Part shown: one piece after another, positions 40,772 through 50,643 of the stretch
Numbering within the stretch: position 1 is the stretch's first letter
How the letters are laid out: the number at the start of each line of letters is the position of its first letter
Origin: an uncultured bacterium
GTDB taxonomy: Bacteria; Zixibacteria; MSB-5A5; CAIYYT01
Direction of reading: 5' to 3'
NCBI GenBank assembly: GCA_963726455.1
Contig: CAVSCK010000004.1
Span: 96,001 to 160,000, forward strand
DNA: 64,000 nt
Made by a program: the position numbers and the translations under genes
The notes under the pieces: generated by a model
What the model saw: only the letters and a program-made list of their open reading frames with translations
Told to the model about the DNA's origin: nothing
Databases searched by the model: none

Positions 40772-41839
40772 ATGCCGGAAGAATCATTCCAGGAACGCAC
40801 TGAAAAAGCAACGCCTCGCAGGATAAAAGAGGCGCGCGAAAAGGGACAGGTTGCCCAGTCTCAGGAATTGAGCTCGGTGCTGGTCATGCTTTGCGGTGTC
40901 GCCTCACTGGTGGCGCTTGGTCCGGCAATGGCGGGCGAAATGCGCGGCCTGATCGTCTGGACGTTCCGCGACGCCGCCAAATTCAGCATCGATCCCGTCA
41001 GCGCCCAGACTTTGTTTCTGCAGGTCGGCTGGGTGTTCACGAAAGCCACGCTTCCGATCGTGCTGGCCTTGACCGTCGTCTCTTTTGGTTCCAGCTACAT
41101 TCAGGTCGGCAGCGTCTTTTCGACCCAGGCGCTCGAACCCAAATTCGAAAAGCTGAATGTCATCAGCGGTCTCAAGAACATTATCAGTATCAAGTCGATG
41201 GTTACGCTCACGCGCGACGTCATCAAACTGATCCTAATTACGATCATCGCCTACTACGCCGTCAGAAAAGAAGTCCCGACATTCGTAACCTTCCCGCAGA
41301 TGGAAGCCAGCGCTATCGCTGCCGCGATGATCGGCGTCTCCGTCCGCATCGCCCTCAAGATTCTGCTGGCGCTGTTGGCGCTGGCGCTTCTCGACTTCGC
41401 TTACCAGCGTTTCGATTACCTGCGCGGCCTGCGGATGTCCCGTCAGGACCTCAAGGAAGAATTCAAAATGACGGAAGGTGATCCGCTGACCAAGGGCAGA
41501 ATACGCGCCATCCAGAAGGAACAGGCGCGCCGCCGCATGATGCAGGATGTCCCGAAGGCGGATGTTGTAATCACCAACCCGACACACTATGCCGTCGCGC
41601 TCAAGTATGACGCCGACTCCATGGATGCTCCCAGCGTCATCGCCAAAGGCGAACGGCTGGTGGCGCTCGCGATCAGAAAAATCGCCGAGGAAGCCGGCAT
41701 TCCCATTGTCGAAAACAAGCCGCTGGCACAGGCGCTGTTCAAAACCGTCGAGATCGGTATGCAAGTGCCCGCGAATCTTTACCGCGCGGTTGCTGAAGTG
41801 CTCGCCTACGTGTACGGCCTCAAAGGGAAGGGTAAGTAG
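40772..41839 (+). CDS. flhB: Flagellar export protein FlhB
   Basis: RTEKATPRR, EGDP and the autocleavage motif ITNPTHYAVAL. Confidence 0.97.
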   Translation: MPEESFQERTEKATPRRIKEAREKGQVAQSQELSSVLVMLCGVASLVALGPAMAGEMRGLIVWTFRDAAKFSIDPVSAQTLFLQVGWVFTKATLPIVLALTVVSFGSSYIQVGSVFSTQALEPKFEKLNVISGLKNIISIKSMVTLTRDVIKLILITIIAYYAVRKEVPTFVTFPQMEASAIAAAMIGVSVRIALKILLALLALALLDFAYQRFDYLRGLRMSRQDLKEEFKMTEGDPLTKGRIRAIQKEQARRRMMQDVPKADVVITNPTHYAVALKYDADSMDAPSVIAKGERLVALAIRKIAEEAGIPIVENKPLAQALFKTVEIGMQVPANLYRAVAEVLAYVYGLKGKGK

Positions 41840-41847
41840 GTAGCAGC

Positions 41848-43908
41848 ATGTTAAGATTCAGCGAATACGCCGACATCATCCTGGCAGTGACCGTCGTGCT
41901 CATCATTGGCGTGTTGATCATCCCGATCCCGACCATGATGCTCGACCTCATGCTGGCAGCCAATATTTCTCTGTCGCTGGTGATTCTGCTCGCGACTCTC
42001 TATCTCAAGCGCCCGCTCGAATTTTCGGTTTTTCCGGGACTGCTACTGGTAATCACGCTGTTTCGACTGGCTCTCAACGTTGCCTCGACCCGACTGATAT
42101 TGGGCGAGGGCTATGCCGGAACCGTGATCAACTCCTTCGGCAATTTTGTTGTCAAAGGCAATTACGTCGTCGGCTTTATCATCTTCATCATTCTCGTAAT
42201 CATCCAGTTTGTCGTCATCACCAAAGGCGCCGGCCGTATCTCCGAAGTCGCCGCGCGCTTCACTTTGGACGCCATGCCCGGCAAGCAAATGGCAATCGAC
42301 GCCGACCTCAACTCCGGTCTGATTAACGAGGACGATGCCCGTCGTCGCCGCAGTGAGATCACGCGCGAAGCTGATTTCTACGGCTCGATGGACGGCGCCT
42401 CCAAGTTCGTCCGTGGTGACGCGGTCGCCGGCATTCTCATCACAATGGTCAATATCATCGGCGGTTTCATCATCGGCATGGCGCAACAGGGTCTGCCAAT
42501 TACCGAAGCGCTGAAAAGATACACTCTGCTGTCAGTCGGTGACGGTCTCGTCACCCAGATTCCGGCACTAATCGTTGCCACGGCCTCCGGTATTCTCGTT
42601 ACCCGCGCCGCCGGTGACTCCAATCTCGGCACCGAGATGGCCAAACAGATGACCCTGCAGCCGAAAGCTCTGGCAATAGCGTCCGGCCTGGTGTTCACGC
42701 TCGGCGTTGTGCCCGGCATGCCGTTCGTGCCCTTCACATTCTTCAGTATCGTCGTGGGCATCGCCGCCTACTTGACCTTTCAGGCCGCCAAGCGCCGCGC
42801 AATTGAGAATGAACCGAAAGAAGTTCACATTGCCCCGCAGGAACAAAAGACGCCAACCGAACAGGCCGAGGACTCACTGCATCTCGACACTCTTGAGGTC
42901 GAGATCGGTTACGGCCTGATTCCTCTGGTCGACGCCCAGCAGGGCGGCGATCTGCTCGATCGCATCGCTTCGGTGCGCCGTCAACTGGCGACCGAACTCG
43001 GGATTATTGTACCGCCGATTCGCATCCGCGACAACGTGCAGTTGCGTCCCGATCTATATGAAGTCAAACTCAAGGGCATTACCGTCGCCCGTTACGAATT
43101 GATGGTCGACCATTTCCTGGCGATCAATCCCGGCCATATCGAGGACGATCTCGAGGGCTTCCAGACGTATGAACCGGCCTTCGGAATGACGGCCAAGTGG
43201 ATCATCCAGAATTATCGCGAACTCGCCGAGCTTAAGGGCTTCACGGTTGTTGAACCGTCGGCGGTCATGGCAACCCATCTCACCGAAATTATCAAGAGCA
43301 ACGCCGCCGAAATCTTCACGCGGCAGGATGTCAAGAACCTGATCGAAAGAGTCAAGCGCGAAACTCCGGCGGCGGTCGAGGATGTCATCGGCGAACTCGT
43401 GCCGATGTCGACTCTGCAGAAAGTGCTCCAGAATCTGTTGTCCGAGCGCATCAGTATTCGCGACATCGTGACCATTCTCGAAACGCTCGCCGACTATTCG
43501 CAGCAGACCAAGGACGCCGACGTACTGACCGAGTACGTGCGCATGTCACTACGCCGTTCGATCACCAACATTTACAAGACCGGCGAAAACCAAATGACCG
43601 TCTTCACGCTGGAGCCGCAAACCGAAAAATTGCTCTCCGATAATGTGCAAGCCACCAAGCAGGGTTTGATGCTGGTGCTGCCGCCGGCCAAAGGTGAAGT
43701 GCTGACCACGAATATCAGAGCCGCGTGCGAAATGATGGGGCGTGAAGGCCTCACGCCGCTGCTGCTGGTGAGTCCGAACATTCGACTGGCGCTACGCCGC
43801 TATCTGCATGGCGCCGTCCCGAATATCGTAGTGATCTCCTACTCTGAGATCCTGCCTGACATTGAAGTTTACTCAAAACAAGCAGTGAGCATATACGATG
43901 CTGATTAA
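41848..43908 (+). CDS. flhA: Flagellar export protein FlhA
   Basis: EVAARFTLDAMPGKQMAIDADL and DFYGSMDGASKFVRGDA. Confidence 0.97.
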   Translation: MLRFSEYADIILAVTVVLIIGVLIIPIPTMMLDLMLAANISLSLVILLATLYLKRPLEFSVFPGLLLVITLFRLALNVASTRLILGEGYAGTVINSFGNFVVKGNYVVGFIIFIILVIIQFVVITKGAGRISEVAARFTLDAMPGKQMAIDADLNSGLINEDDARRRRSEITREADFYGSMDGASKFVRGDAVAGILITMVNIIGGFIIGMAQQGLPITEALKRYTLLSVGDGLVTQIPALIVATASGILVTRAAGDSNLGTEMAKQMTLQPKALAIASGLVFTLGVVPGMPFVPFTFFSIVVGIAAYLTFQAAKRRAIENEPKEVHIAPQEQKTPTEQAEDSLHLDTLEVEIGYGLIPLVDAQQGGDLLDRIASVRRQLATELGIIVPPIRIRDNVQLRPDLYEVKLKGITVARYELMVDHFLAINPGHIEDDLEGFQTYEPAFGMTAKWIIQNYRELAELKGFTVVEPSAVMATHLTEIIKSNAAEIFTRQDVKNLIERVKRETPAAVEDVIGELVPMSTLQKVLQNLLSERISIRDIVTILETLADYSQQTKDADVLTEYVRMSLRRSITNIYKTGENQMTVFTLEPQTEKLLSDNVQATKQGLMLVLPPAKGEVLTTNIRAACEMMGREGLTPLLLVSPNIRLALRRYLHGAVPNIVVISYSEILPDIEVYSKQAVSIYDAD

Positions 43909-45007
43909 AAACTTCCAAGCCGGCACCATTCAAGGTGCTCTCGATTTGGTCAAGAAGGAATTCGGCCAGCAGGCCGTGATTCTCAAGACCGACATTATCA
44001 AGGACAGCGGACGACGTCTATTCACCGTCACCGCTGCCAGGGACTTTCAGGACGTGGCCGCTGCCACCGCCGAGGCGGAGTTTGCGGCGCCCCTTCAGCA
44101 GGCAGCGCCTGCGCCGATCGCCGTTCGGGTGCCACCACCGGTCGCCACAGTACCGGAGCTGCCGCCGGCCCAACCGACGCCTCCGGCTCGTCCGAACAAG
44201 CAAACTGAATCAGCGACCGGCAAGGGCCGTCTTGAATCCGCGATTCTGGACGTGATGCTGCCGGAATTGCTCACCGGAGAAATCAAACGCCACTATCTGG
44301 CATTGCGCATCAACGAAGTCGAATCCGATTTGGCACTTCAAATCTGCCGCAAGCTGCAACAATCGAAGAAGACGAGTCGCGAAGATCTTGCCAAGATCAT
44401 CCGCGACCTGACCTCAAAGCAGGCGCCGTTCCCCGAAAACGAAAAGAATGTCGTATTCGTTGGCCCGTGCGGCTCCGGCAAGAGCTCGCTGTTGGCAAAG
44501 TTTGCCGCGGAGATGGTTTTTAATCGTCGCCGTCAGGTGACGCTGTCGACGCTCGACAGCTTCCGTCCCGGCGCCGAACACGAAGTTAACAGTCTCGCCG
44601 ATGTTCTCAGTGTCGTGCAGGAAAACGGCAGTAGCCGGCGTTCACGTTCCGCCTCCTGTCATCTGATCGACACCAGCGGACTGTCCATTGGTGATGAAGA
44701 TGGCTTCGTCGAACTCCAAACCCAGTTGAATCAGATCGAAGGCCGCTTTACGGTTCTCGTTCTGTCGCTGACGACCAGTTGGAAGAACAATCGCCGCTTT
44801 CTCGAATACTGCCTCCCGCTCGGTATCAATGCCATCGCCCTGACTCAGCTCGACCTCGCGCAGAGTTGCGGCGCGATGATCAACATTGCCGCCAAAGATT
44901 ATCCGCCGATTGTCGGCGTTAGTGATTCGCGGATGCCCACCGGCAGAGTGATGCCGTTTGATGCCCGCCGTTATCTCGACAAGTTGATCGGAGACGAAAA
45001 TGACTAA
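43898..45007 (+). CDS. flhF: SRP-type GTPase FlhF (divergent)
   Basis: N-terminal VKKEFGQQAVIL, then GPCGSGKSS, DSFRPGA, DTSG and TQLD, between flhA and flhG. Confidence 0.85.
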   Translation: MLIKNFQAGTIQGALDLVKKEFGQQAVILKTDIIKDSGRRLFTVTAARDFQDVAAATAEAEFAAPLQQAAPAPIAVRVPPPVATVPELPPAQPTPPARPNKQTESATGKGRLESAILDVMLPELLTGEIKRHYLALRINEVESDLALQICRKLQQSKKTSREDLAKIIRDLTSKQAPFPENEKNVVFVGPCGSGKSSLLAKFAAEMVFNRRRQVTLSTLDSFRPGAEHEVNSLADVLSVVQENGSSRRSRSASCHLIDTSGLSIGDEDGFVELQTQLNQIEGRFTVLVLSLTTSWKNNRRFLEYCLPLGINAIALTQLDLAQSCGAMINIAAKDYPPIVGVSDSRMPTGRVMPFDARRYLDKLIGDEND

Positions 45008-45872
45008 CGGTTCGCCGTCAGCCCTTTCACGTGCAACGACGATCGCTGTCTGCTCAGGCAAAGGCGGTGTCGGCAAATCCACGGTTGCGCTGTTTGTTGC
45101 ATCGCGACTGGCGGAAGCCGGCAAACGCACCCTGCTTATCGACACCGACTTCGGCTTTGGCGATATCACTACCATGACCAACCTGACGCCGCTGGTCGGG
45201 TTCGAACAGATGCTGTCAGGCGCGGCGCGACTCGAAGATGCATTACTCCACGTCGGACCGAAACTGTCGATCATGGGAACGCTTCCGGGATCATCCTTCG
45301 ATATCGCTTCGCTGACCCGGTCCGGTCTGGACAATTGCCGCAAGATCGACGCCGAATTCGAAGTCATCGTGTTCGATACTCCTTCGACTCTCGATAGCTT
45401 CAATCTCGGAATTATCGCCGCCAGCGATTTGGCGATCTCCGTGACAACTTCGCGTATTCCCGCAATTGCCGACTCCTACGTGCAGCTCAAGAAAATCACC
45501 GGCTCCGGCAGTCGGGCGGCGATCTGTTTTCTCGTGAACCAGGTCGACACCGAGGTTGAAGGGATGCAGGCCACCGCAAAATTCGCCGAACTGCTTGACC
45601 GTTTTCTGGGACGAAAAGTCCCGTCAGTCGGCATGATCGAAAACGAACCGAATATCGAGAAGGCCGTCGAAGGCCAGTCGCTGCTTGAACTTAGCCGACG
45701 CCCCGGGGGTTTCGGCAAGAAGGCCGAATTAGTAATGAAAACACTTCTGGATAAACATCTGAAAGGGCCACGGACCGGCTGTTCAATTTGGGAACAGATG
45801 TCGTCGACGATTTTTCTAAAAAACGAAATCAGCTTTGACGATAACAAACTGCTAGTCCAGGTGCAAGGGTGA
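45000..45872 (+). CDS. flhG: MinD-like ATPase FlhG/FleN
   Basis: SGKGGVGKST, LIDTDFG, FDTP and IADSY. Confidence 0.85.
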   Translation: MTNGSPSALSRATTIAVCSGKGGVGKSTVALFVASRLAEAGKRTLLIDTDFGFGDITTMTNLTPLVGFEQMLSGAARLEDALLHVGPKLSIMGTLPGSSFDIASLTRSGLDNCRKIDAEFEVIVFDTPSTLDSFNLGIIAASDLAISVTTSRIPAIADSYVQLKKITGSGSRAAICFLVNQVDTEVEGMQATAKFAELLDRFLGRKVPSVGMIENEPNIEKAVEGQSLLELSRRPGGFGKKAELVMKTLLDKHLKGPRTGCSIWEQMSSTIFLKNEISFDDNKLLVQVQG

Positions 45873-45928
45873 AGCATGTCTAAAACGACCTTGATAACCA
45901 TGTTCGTCAGGAAAGGCGCAATACTAGT

Positions 45929-46687
45929 ATGAACGTATCAAACGCATGGAAGGACTATCGCACTACCGGCGATCCGGAAATCAGAAAACAACTGCTGTCG
46001 CATTACCTGCCGCTGGTCAAAAATGTTGCCGGACGGCTGGCGATGGGGTTTCCCAAGACGGTTGAAGTCGCTGATCTGGTCAACACCGGTGTCATTGGTT
46101 TGATCGAGGCATTCGCCAACTTCGATCCGAATCGCGGCATCAAGTTTGAGACTTACGCCGTGCCACGCATTCGCGGCGCCATTCTCGACGAATTGCGCAG
46201 TCTCGACTGGGTGCCTCGCTCGACGCGTGCCAAGTCACGCGAACTGGAACGCGCGGTGGTCGAACTGGAAAAGCGCCACGGCCGCAAGCCGTCGCACCGC
46301 GAACTGGCGAAATACATGAACATCACGCTGGACGAATTCGCCTCCACTTTGGACGACGTCTCCGGCGCCACGCTCCTGTCTCTGGACGAGATGATCTATC
46401 GCGAGGAAGACAATCGCCAGATTCCGCGCATCGAAACCCTGGAAGGGGCACACGACATGTCGGTGCTTGGTGAAATCGAGGAAATGGAATTGCGCGCCTA
46501 CCTCGGTGTGGCCATTGCCAATCTGACTGAACAGGAGCGCCTGGTTATCGCGCTCTATTACTATGAAGAACTCACCCTCAAGGAAATCGGCGAAGTCATG
46601 CAGATTTCCGAGTCGCGCGTGTCTCAGATACATACTAAGGCAGTATCCAAGCTGCGCAACCTGGTGAGGGAAAAATTCGCGATGTAG
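45929..46687 (+). CDS. fliA: RNA polymerase sigma factor FliA (sigma28)
   Basis: RIRGAILDELRSLDWVPRS and LYYYEELTLKEIG..ISESRVSQIH. Confidence 0.96.
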   Translation: MNVSNAWKDYRTTGDPEIRKQLLSHYLPLVKNVAGRLAMGFPKTVEVADLVNTGVIGLIEAFANFDPNRGIKFETYAVPRIRGAILDELRSLDWVPRSTRAKSRELERAVVELEKRHGRKPSHRELAKYMNITLDEFASTLDDVSGATLLSLDEMIYREEDNRQIPRIETLEGAHDMSVLGEIEEMELRAYLGVAIANLTEQERLVIALYYYEELTLKEIGEVMQISESRVSQIHTKAVSKLRNLVREKFAM

Positions 46688-46699
46688 GCGGTGACACTT

Positions 46700-46984
46700 A
46701 TGGTGGATTCCATTGCCGTACCGGACAACTTTGCCAAAACGCCGCTGGCCGAACGGGTCAATCAACTGCAGAAGGCAGCGCCCGACGTCGACCAGCACCA
46801 GGCAGGGCAAGTCGTACAGGAAAAGCACATTCAGCGGCAGCACGAACCCATCGCGCCTGAAAAAACTGACGAAGCCGTGATTCATCGCGACAAAGAGGAA
46901 AAAGAGCAACCTAAGAGAGAGAAGAAAAAACAGCAGGATGATGCTGACAAAGATAAGAAAGGCGGTCTGGATCTGACCGCATAG
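46700..46984 (+). CDS. Small charged hypothetical protein of the flagellar operon
   Basis: Q/E/K-rich, ends KGGLDLTA, tightly coupled to fliA. Confidence 0.65.
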   Translation: MVDSIAVPDNFAKTPLAERVNQLQKAAPDVDQHQAGQVVQEKHIQRQHEPIAPEKTDEAVIHRDKEEKEQPKREKKKQQDDADKDKKGGLDLTA

Positions 46985-46996
46985 CAGGAGCTAGTT

Positions 46997-47413
46997 ATGG
47001 ACACATGGAGTGTAGCACAACTGATATTGGACGCCATCTTCGCCGTAACCGTCATCGGCGCAGTCCTCGGATTCTTATACTTTCGCGAGAAAAGACTAAT
47101 CCGCCAACTGAGAACGGCGCCGGTAATCATGCCGCATGCTGAGACGGCCGCCAGACCCCACATTATAGATTTGCCACCAACGGTTGCGCCGACAATCGCC
47201 GAACCGGCGCCCGCCAAAACGCGCGCCAGCCGTCCACCGGCTGCGCCCAAACCGCAGAAAGCACCGCGGCGGCCTGCCACTCTATCGGCAAATCGCGCGG
47301 AACGATACCTGGAAGCTGTTCGCATGTATCGGCAGGGGAGCGATAAATCAACCATCGAAAAGGCGCTTGGCATCTCCTTCATGGAACTGGAGTTGCTGGG
47401 GAGATTGAAATAA
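46997..47413 (+). CDS. Single-TM protein with C-terminal HTH-like tail (DUF2802/DUF6115-like)
   Basis: TM segment, Pro/Ala linker, and YLEAVRMYRQG...IEKALGISFMELEL. Confidence 0.65.
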   Translation: MDTWSVAQLILDAIFAVTVIGAVLGFLYFREKRLIRQLRTAPVIMPHAETAARPHIIDLPPTVAPTIAEPAPAKTRASRPPAAPKPQKAPRRPATLSANRAERYLEAVRMYRQGSDKSTIEKALGISFMELELLGRLK

Positions 47414-47438
47414 CGGCCGTCGTGGTCGTCAGAGGTAA

Positions 47439-48635
47439 ATGCTAATGAGTAGTGAATCACCGTTCTTTCTGACCAAAGTTGAGTGCCCGGTCTGCAAGAC
47501 GATCAACGAGTTCGAAACCATCAAAGTCGGCGCGTACGTGGAAGATGACCATGACACCGACTTCTGCCCCAAAGGCCGTCATTGGAATAACGCCAGATAT
47601 GAAGTCTACAACCCGCTGCTCTTCTTTATGGCCACGTGCGAGAATTGCTTCTATACGCGCGAGTTCAACCAGTCGTTTCGCGACTGGAGAAATGACGCCG
47701 CATTCCGCACCTATCGCCAGAAACCGATCCAGGCACGCCATCTAGAACAGTTGGCTGTTGACGGCTCGGTATTAAAAATTTTGGGCAAGGCACGCGATCC
47801 GCAGGGAAATCCGTTTGCCACCTCCATCGTGAAATTCCTTCTCGGCGTCTACGACGAACTATTGCTGGAGCATCCGCATAAGCTCGACATCGGGCGCTTC
47901 TATCTGCGTATTGCCTGGCTCTTCCGCGAACATTGCGGCGAAGCGACGGGCGCCAACCCCAAGGTAGTACATTTCACGCACGACATCGAAAGGGCTATCG
48001 GCAAGCTGAAGCAGTCGCGCGATAATCTCGCGCTGAATCTCAATCAGGTATCCGATCTGGTTGACGCTGCTTTAGGCAAACGTGACGGCGCCATGAGTGA
48101 GTCGTCGCAATTCCTGACGGTTGGCGAAACACTTAAGTCAAACCTCGCCCGAATCTCTGAATTGGAAGCCGCATTGACCGGTACCATTTCGCAAATGGGG
48201 CAGGCCATTACCGACAATCGACGGTACCTTGATCGGGATGCACTCTCCGGACAGCCCGGCGCCATCGCGTTCGGCGGCTACCATTCCTTCGAAGAATTCA
48301 TGAGTTCAGTAAAATCGCTCTGGGAGTTCGCTCCCCTCAACGAAAATGACGCGTTGTTATACGCAATAGAGTTTTACAAGTCGGCTCTGGAGGACGGTCA
48401 CGAAATCCAGTCCGGCAATCAACAGATCCAGGCAACCTACTTGATCGCCGAATTGTCCCGCCGGGTGGGCCGGAATGTTGAAGCCAAACAATACTTCAAC
48501 AACACCATCAAGGCCGGACAGCAATTCATCTTTGAGAATCGCACCGATCAAACCCGCACCGCTCTGGCCAGAAAGATTGTTGAATTGGCCATTGCCCAGG
48601 GCAAGTCGAATCTCGCAGCCATCAAGGGTGACTAG
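47439..48635 (+). CDS. DUF2225-family protein (Zn ribbon plus TPR-like helices)
   Basis: CPVC...DTDFCP...NP...CENCFY, YLRIAWLFR and YLIAELSRRVG. Confidence 0.8.
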   Translation: MLMSSESPFFLTKVECPVCKTINEFETIKVGAYVEDDHDTDFCPKGRHWNNARYEVYNPLLFFMATCENCFYTREFNQSFRDWRNDAAFRTYRQKPIQARHLEQLAVDGSVLKILGKARDPQGNPFATSIVKFLLGVYDELLLEHPHKLDIGRFYLRIAWLFREHCGEATGANPKVVHFTHDIERAIGKLKQSRDNLALNLNQVSDLVDAALGKRDGAMSESSQFLTVGETLKSNLARISELEAALTGTISQMGQAITDNRRYLDRDALSGQPGAIAFGGYHSFEEFMSSVKSLWEFAPLNENDALLYAIEFYKSALEDGHEIQSGNQQIQATYLIAELSRRVGRNVEAKQYFNNTIKAGQQFIFENRTDQTRTALARKIVELAIAQGKSNLAAIKGD

Positions 48636-49393
48636 TGGAGCAAACTAAGAGTCGCGGACAGACTATCATCGGTCCCCTGCAAATCTGGGACAAACTCGAA
48701 CTGGTGTTCGAGGAAGACAAAAGGCAGGGACGCTATCGCACGCGCATCGAAGATGTGAAGGGTGAAGTGATGATGATCGACCGTCCGTCCTTGCTGACAG
48801 GTGATGCCCTCTTTAGCGTGGGCTCGAACTTCGTCGCCTGGTTCATCAAATCCGACTCTGCCTACACTTTCCCCGGGAAGGTTCTGCGCAAGGCAGACAC
48901 TGAACTCGAGGCCTACTGGATAAACAAACCGAAGCAAGTCGATCGCAACCAGCGCCGGCGGTTCTTCCGTATTGCCGATGATTCGCCGGTGTCCATAATC
49001 CTGGTCGACCATCTGATCAGGGAATCTGAACCGAAAGCCGAGATCAAGGAATTTGAGGGTGTCACGATTGACATCTCCGGCAACGGCATGCAGGTTCGCA
49101 CCAAGCTGGACGCCTTGGTTGGCGCCAAGGTCTTGCTCGCACCCCGGATTAAAGAACTTAAGCGTGACCTCTTTCTCTTCGGCATCATTCGCCGCAAGGA
49201 GAAGAACGAGGATGTCTTCACTCGTTACGGCATCGAATTTTTCACCGTCGAAGAAGTGCGTCAGCTGTTCAGTTCGTTTCCCATGCAACGGTTGCCTAAA
49301 GAATACCACAGTTTCAATGAACAATTACGTACCGCGCTGTTGAATTACATCTTCGCGCGGCAACTTGAAATGAAGAAAAAAGGACTTATCTAA
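48635..49393 (+). CDS. Flagellar brake-like PilZ protein (YcgR/MotI type)
   Basis: N-terminal YcgR-like barrel and c-di-GMP motifs QRRRFFR and DISGNG. Confidence 0.85.
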   Translation: MEQTKSRGQTIIGPLQIWDKLELVFEEDKRQGRYRTRIEDVKGEVMMIDRPSLLTGDALFSVGSNFVAWFIKSDSAYTFPGKVLRKADTELEAYWINKPKQVDRNQRRRFFRIADDSPVSIILVDHLIRESEPKAEIKEFEGVTIDISGNGMQVRTKLDALVGAKVLLAPRIKELKRDLFLFGIIRRKEKNEDVFTRYGIEFFTVEEVRQLFSSFPMQRLPKEYHSFNEQLRTALLNYIFARQLEMKKKGLI

Positions 49394-49412
49394 TACAGAC
49401 AGGAGAAAACCA

Positions 49413-49940
49413 ATGAACAAGCAAGATCGAAATACCACGACGCTAAGCGACAGTTTCGTGATTAAGCAACCCCTGCAACTTTACAAGACCCGCAGACGCC
49501 GCTACGTGCGGCTGGAAATCGCGGCGCCCATCGTATTTGCGCCCATCAACATCGACCGTCCTCTCGATCAGGATCACCTCGATCAGCAGACCGGAACGAT
49601 ACTGAACATTTCCGGAGGCGGCGCATTGCTCGCCTGCCGCAAGCAGCTGGCGGAGAACAGCTACGTTTCCATGAATCTTGAACTCGCAGGGCTGGAGATT
49701 CTTACCGGTGTAGTCGGCAAAGTAAAACGCATCGACGACGACGGCGACGGTGAATATCTCGTCGGCGTGGAATTCTGCACCGAAAAGGAACTGGTCTCTG
49801 TCTTCGGCGAATCGAACATCGGCAGCGTGATCTCCAGTTTCGACAACCGTGTGAAGCGTTACTTGCTGCGTTATGTGTTCGCCAACAAGGTCAGTCGCCG
49901 GTTGCGCGATGGCGGTAAGGAAGATGAGAACGAAGAATAA
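49413..49940 (+). CDS. PilZ domain protein
   Basis: RRRYVR, NISGGG and GVEF. Confidence 0.88.
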   Translation: MNKQDRNTTTLSDSFVIKQPLQLYKTRRRRYVRLEIAAPIVFAPINIDRPLDQDHLDQQTGTILNISGGGALLACRKQLAENSYVSMNLELAGLEILTGVVGKVKRIDDDGDGEYLVGVEFCTEKELVSVFGESNIGSVISSFDNRVKRYLLRYVFANKVSRRLRDGGKEDENEE

Positions 49941-50529
49941 GCTACTCATGGCCCTGATGCTGGTGGCTGTCCTCTCCATCAGCATCACTGGTCAAAACGA
50001 AAAAACTGTGCTGCTGATTGTCAACACTCCCGGCAGTACCTGGACTGATTGCGGCCTCCTGGAGCGGCTCACGAGGTACCTCAATGATCACAATGGCATC
50101 GCCCTGGTGCAACCTCAGCAGGCCGACGAGCTCAACCGCCAGATGGCGGGACGCTTCGATAAGCAAGTGCTCCTGGCCGAAGGGGTGACCCAGAAATTCC
50201 GTTACATCTTCTGGTGTGACGTGGTCAAACAGCGGCTCGACATCGAGAACGGATTCAGTCTGCCGCTCTTTTTCAAACAGAAGCGCGTCAAGGCCTCGCT
50301 GGAAGTTGAATACCACATCCTTGATTGTCAACGTGGCCGTTCCGTCAGCGTTGACCGCATCTGTGTCGAGCGGCACGGTCCGGCAACACTGCAATCTCTC
50401 GATTACACCGAAGCAGATCCGAATCTGCTCCTGACGTACGTTGAGAAGAAAGCGCTCTTCGATCGGCTCGAAGAAGAAGCCGCCAGGAAGCTGCTGGCCA
50501 GTTTCGACGACGTGTCCCGGCAGCGGTAA
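49924..50529 (+). CDS. Hypothetical exported protein
   Basis: Signal peptide MRTKNKLLMALMLVAVLSISITG followed by an alpha/beta body. Confidence 0.65.
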   Translation: MRTKNKLLMALMLVAVLSISITGQNEKTVLLIVNTPGSTWTDCGLLERLTRYLNDHNGIALVQPQQADELNRQMAGRFDKQVLLAEGVTQKFRYIFWCDVVKQRLDIENGFSLPLFFKQKRVKASLEVEYHILDCQRGRSVSVDRICVERHGPATLQSLDYTEADPNLLLTYVEKKALFDRLEEEAARKLLASFDDVSRQR

Positions 50530-50643
50530 TGCCGTTGTCGATTGTCTTTACTGCCTGACGCTCCGATAGGAGCGCGGGCCCGCAAAATAGGACTTTCCGC
50601 CCCGGCGCATACTGCCGGGACGGCGCAAAATTGGATCGGGCAA

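Noticed and set aside
38789-43908. Non-flagellar type III injectisome
   Set aside because: The export genes sit with flgD, flgE, fliK, fliL, fliM, flhF, flhG and fliA, which is clearly flagellar.
45876-45932. 18-codon ORF overlapping the fliA start (leader peptide)
   Set aside because: It could equally be chance or an indel-split FliA N-terminus, and there is no supporting feature.
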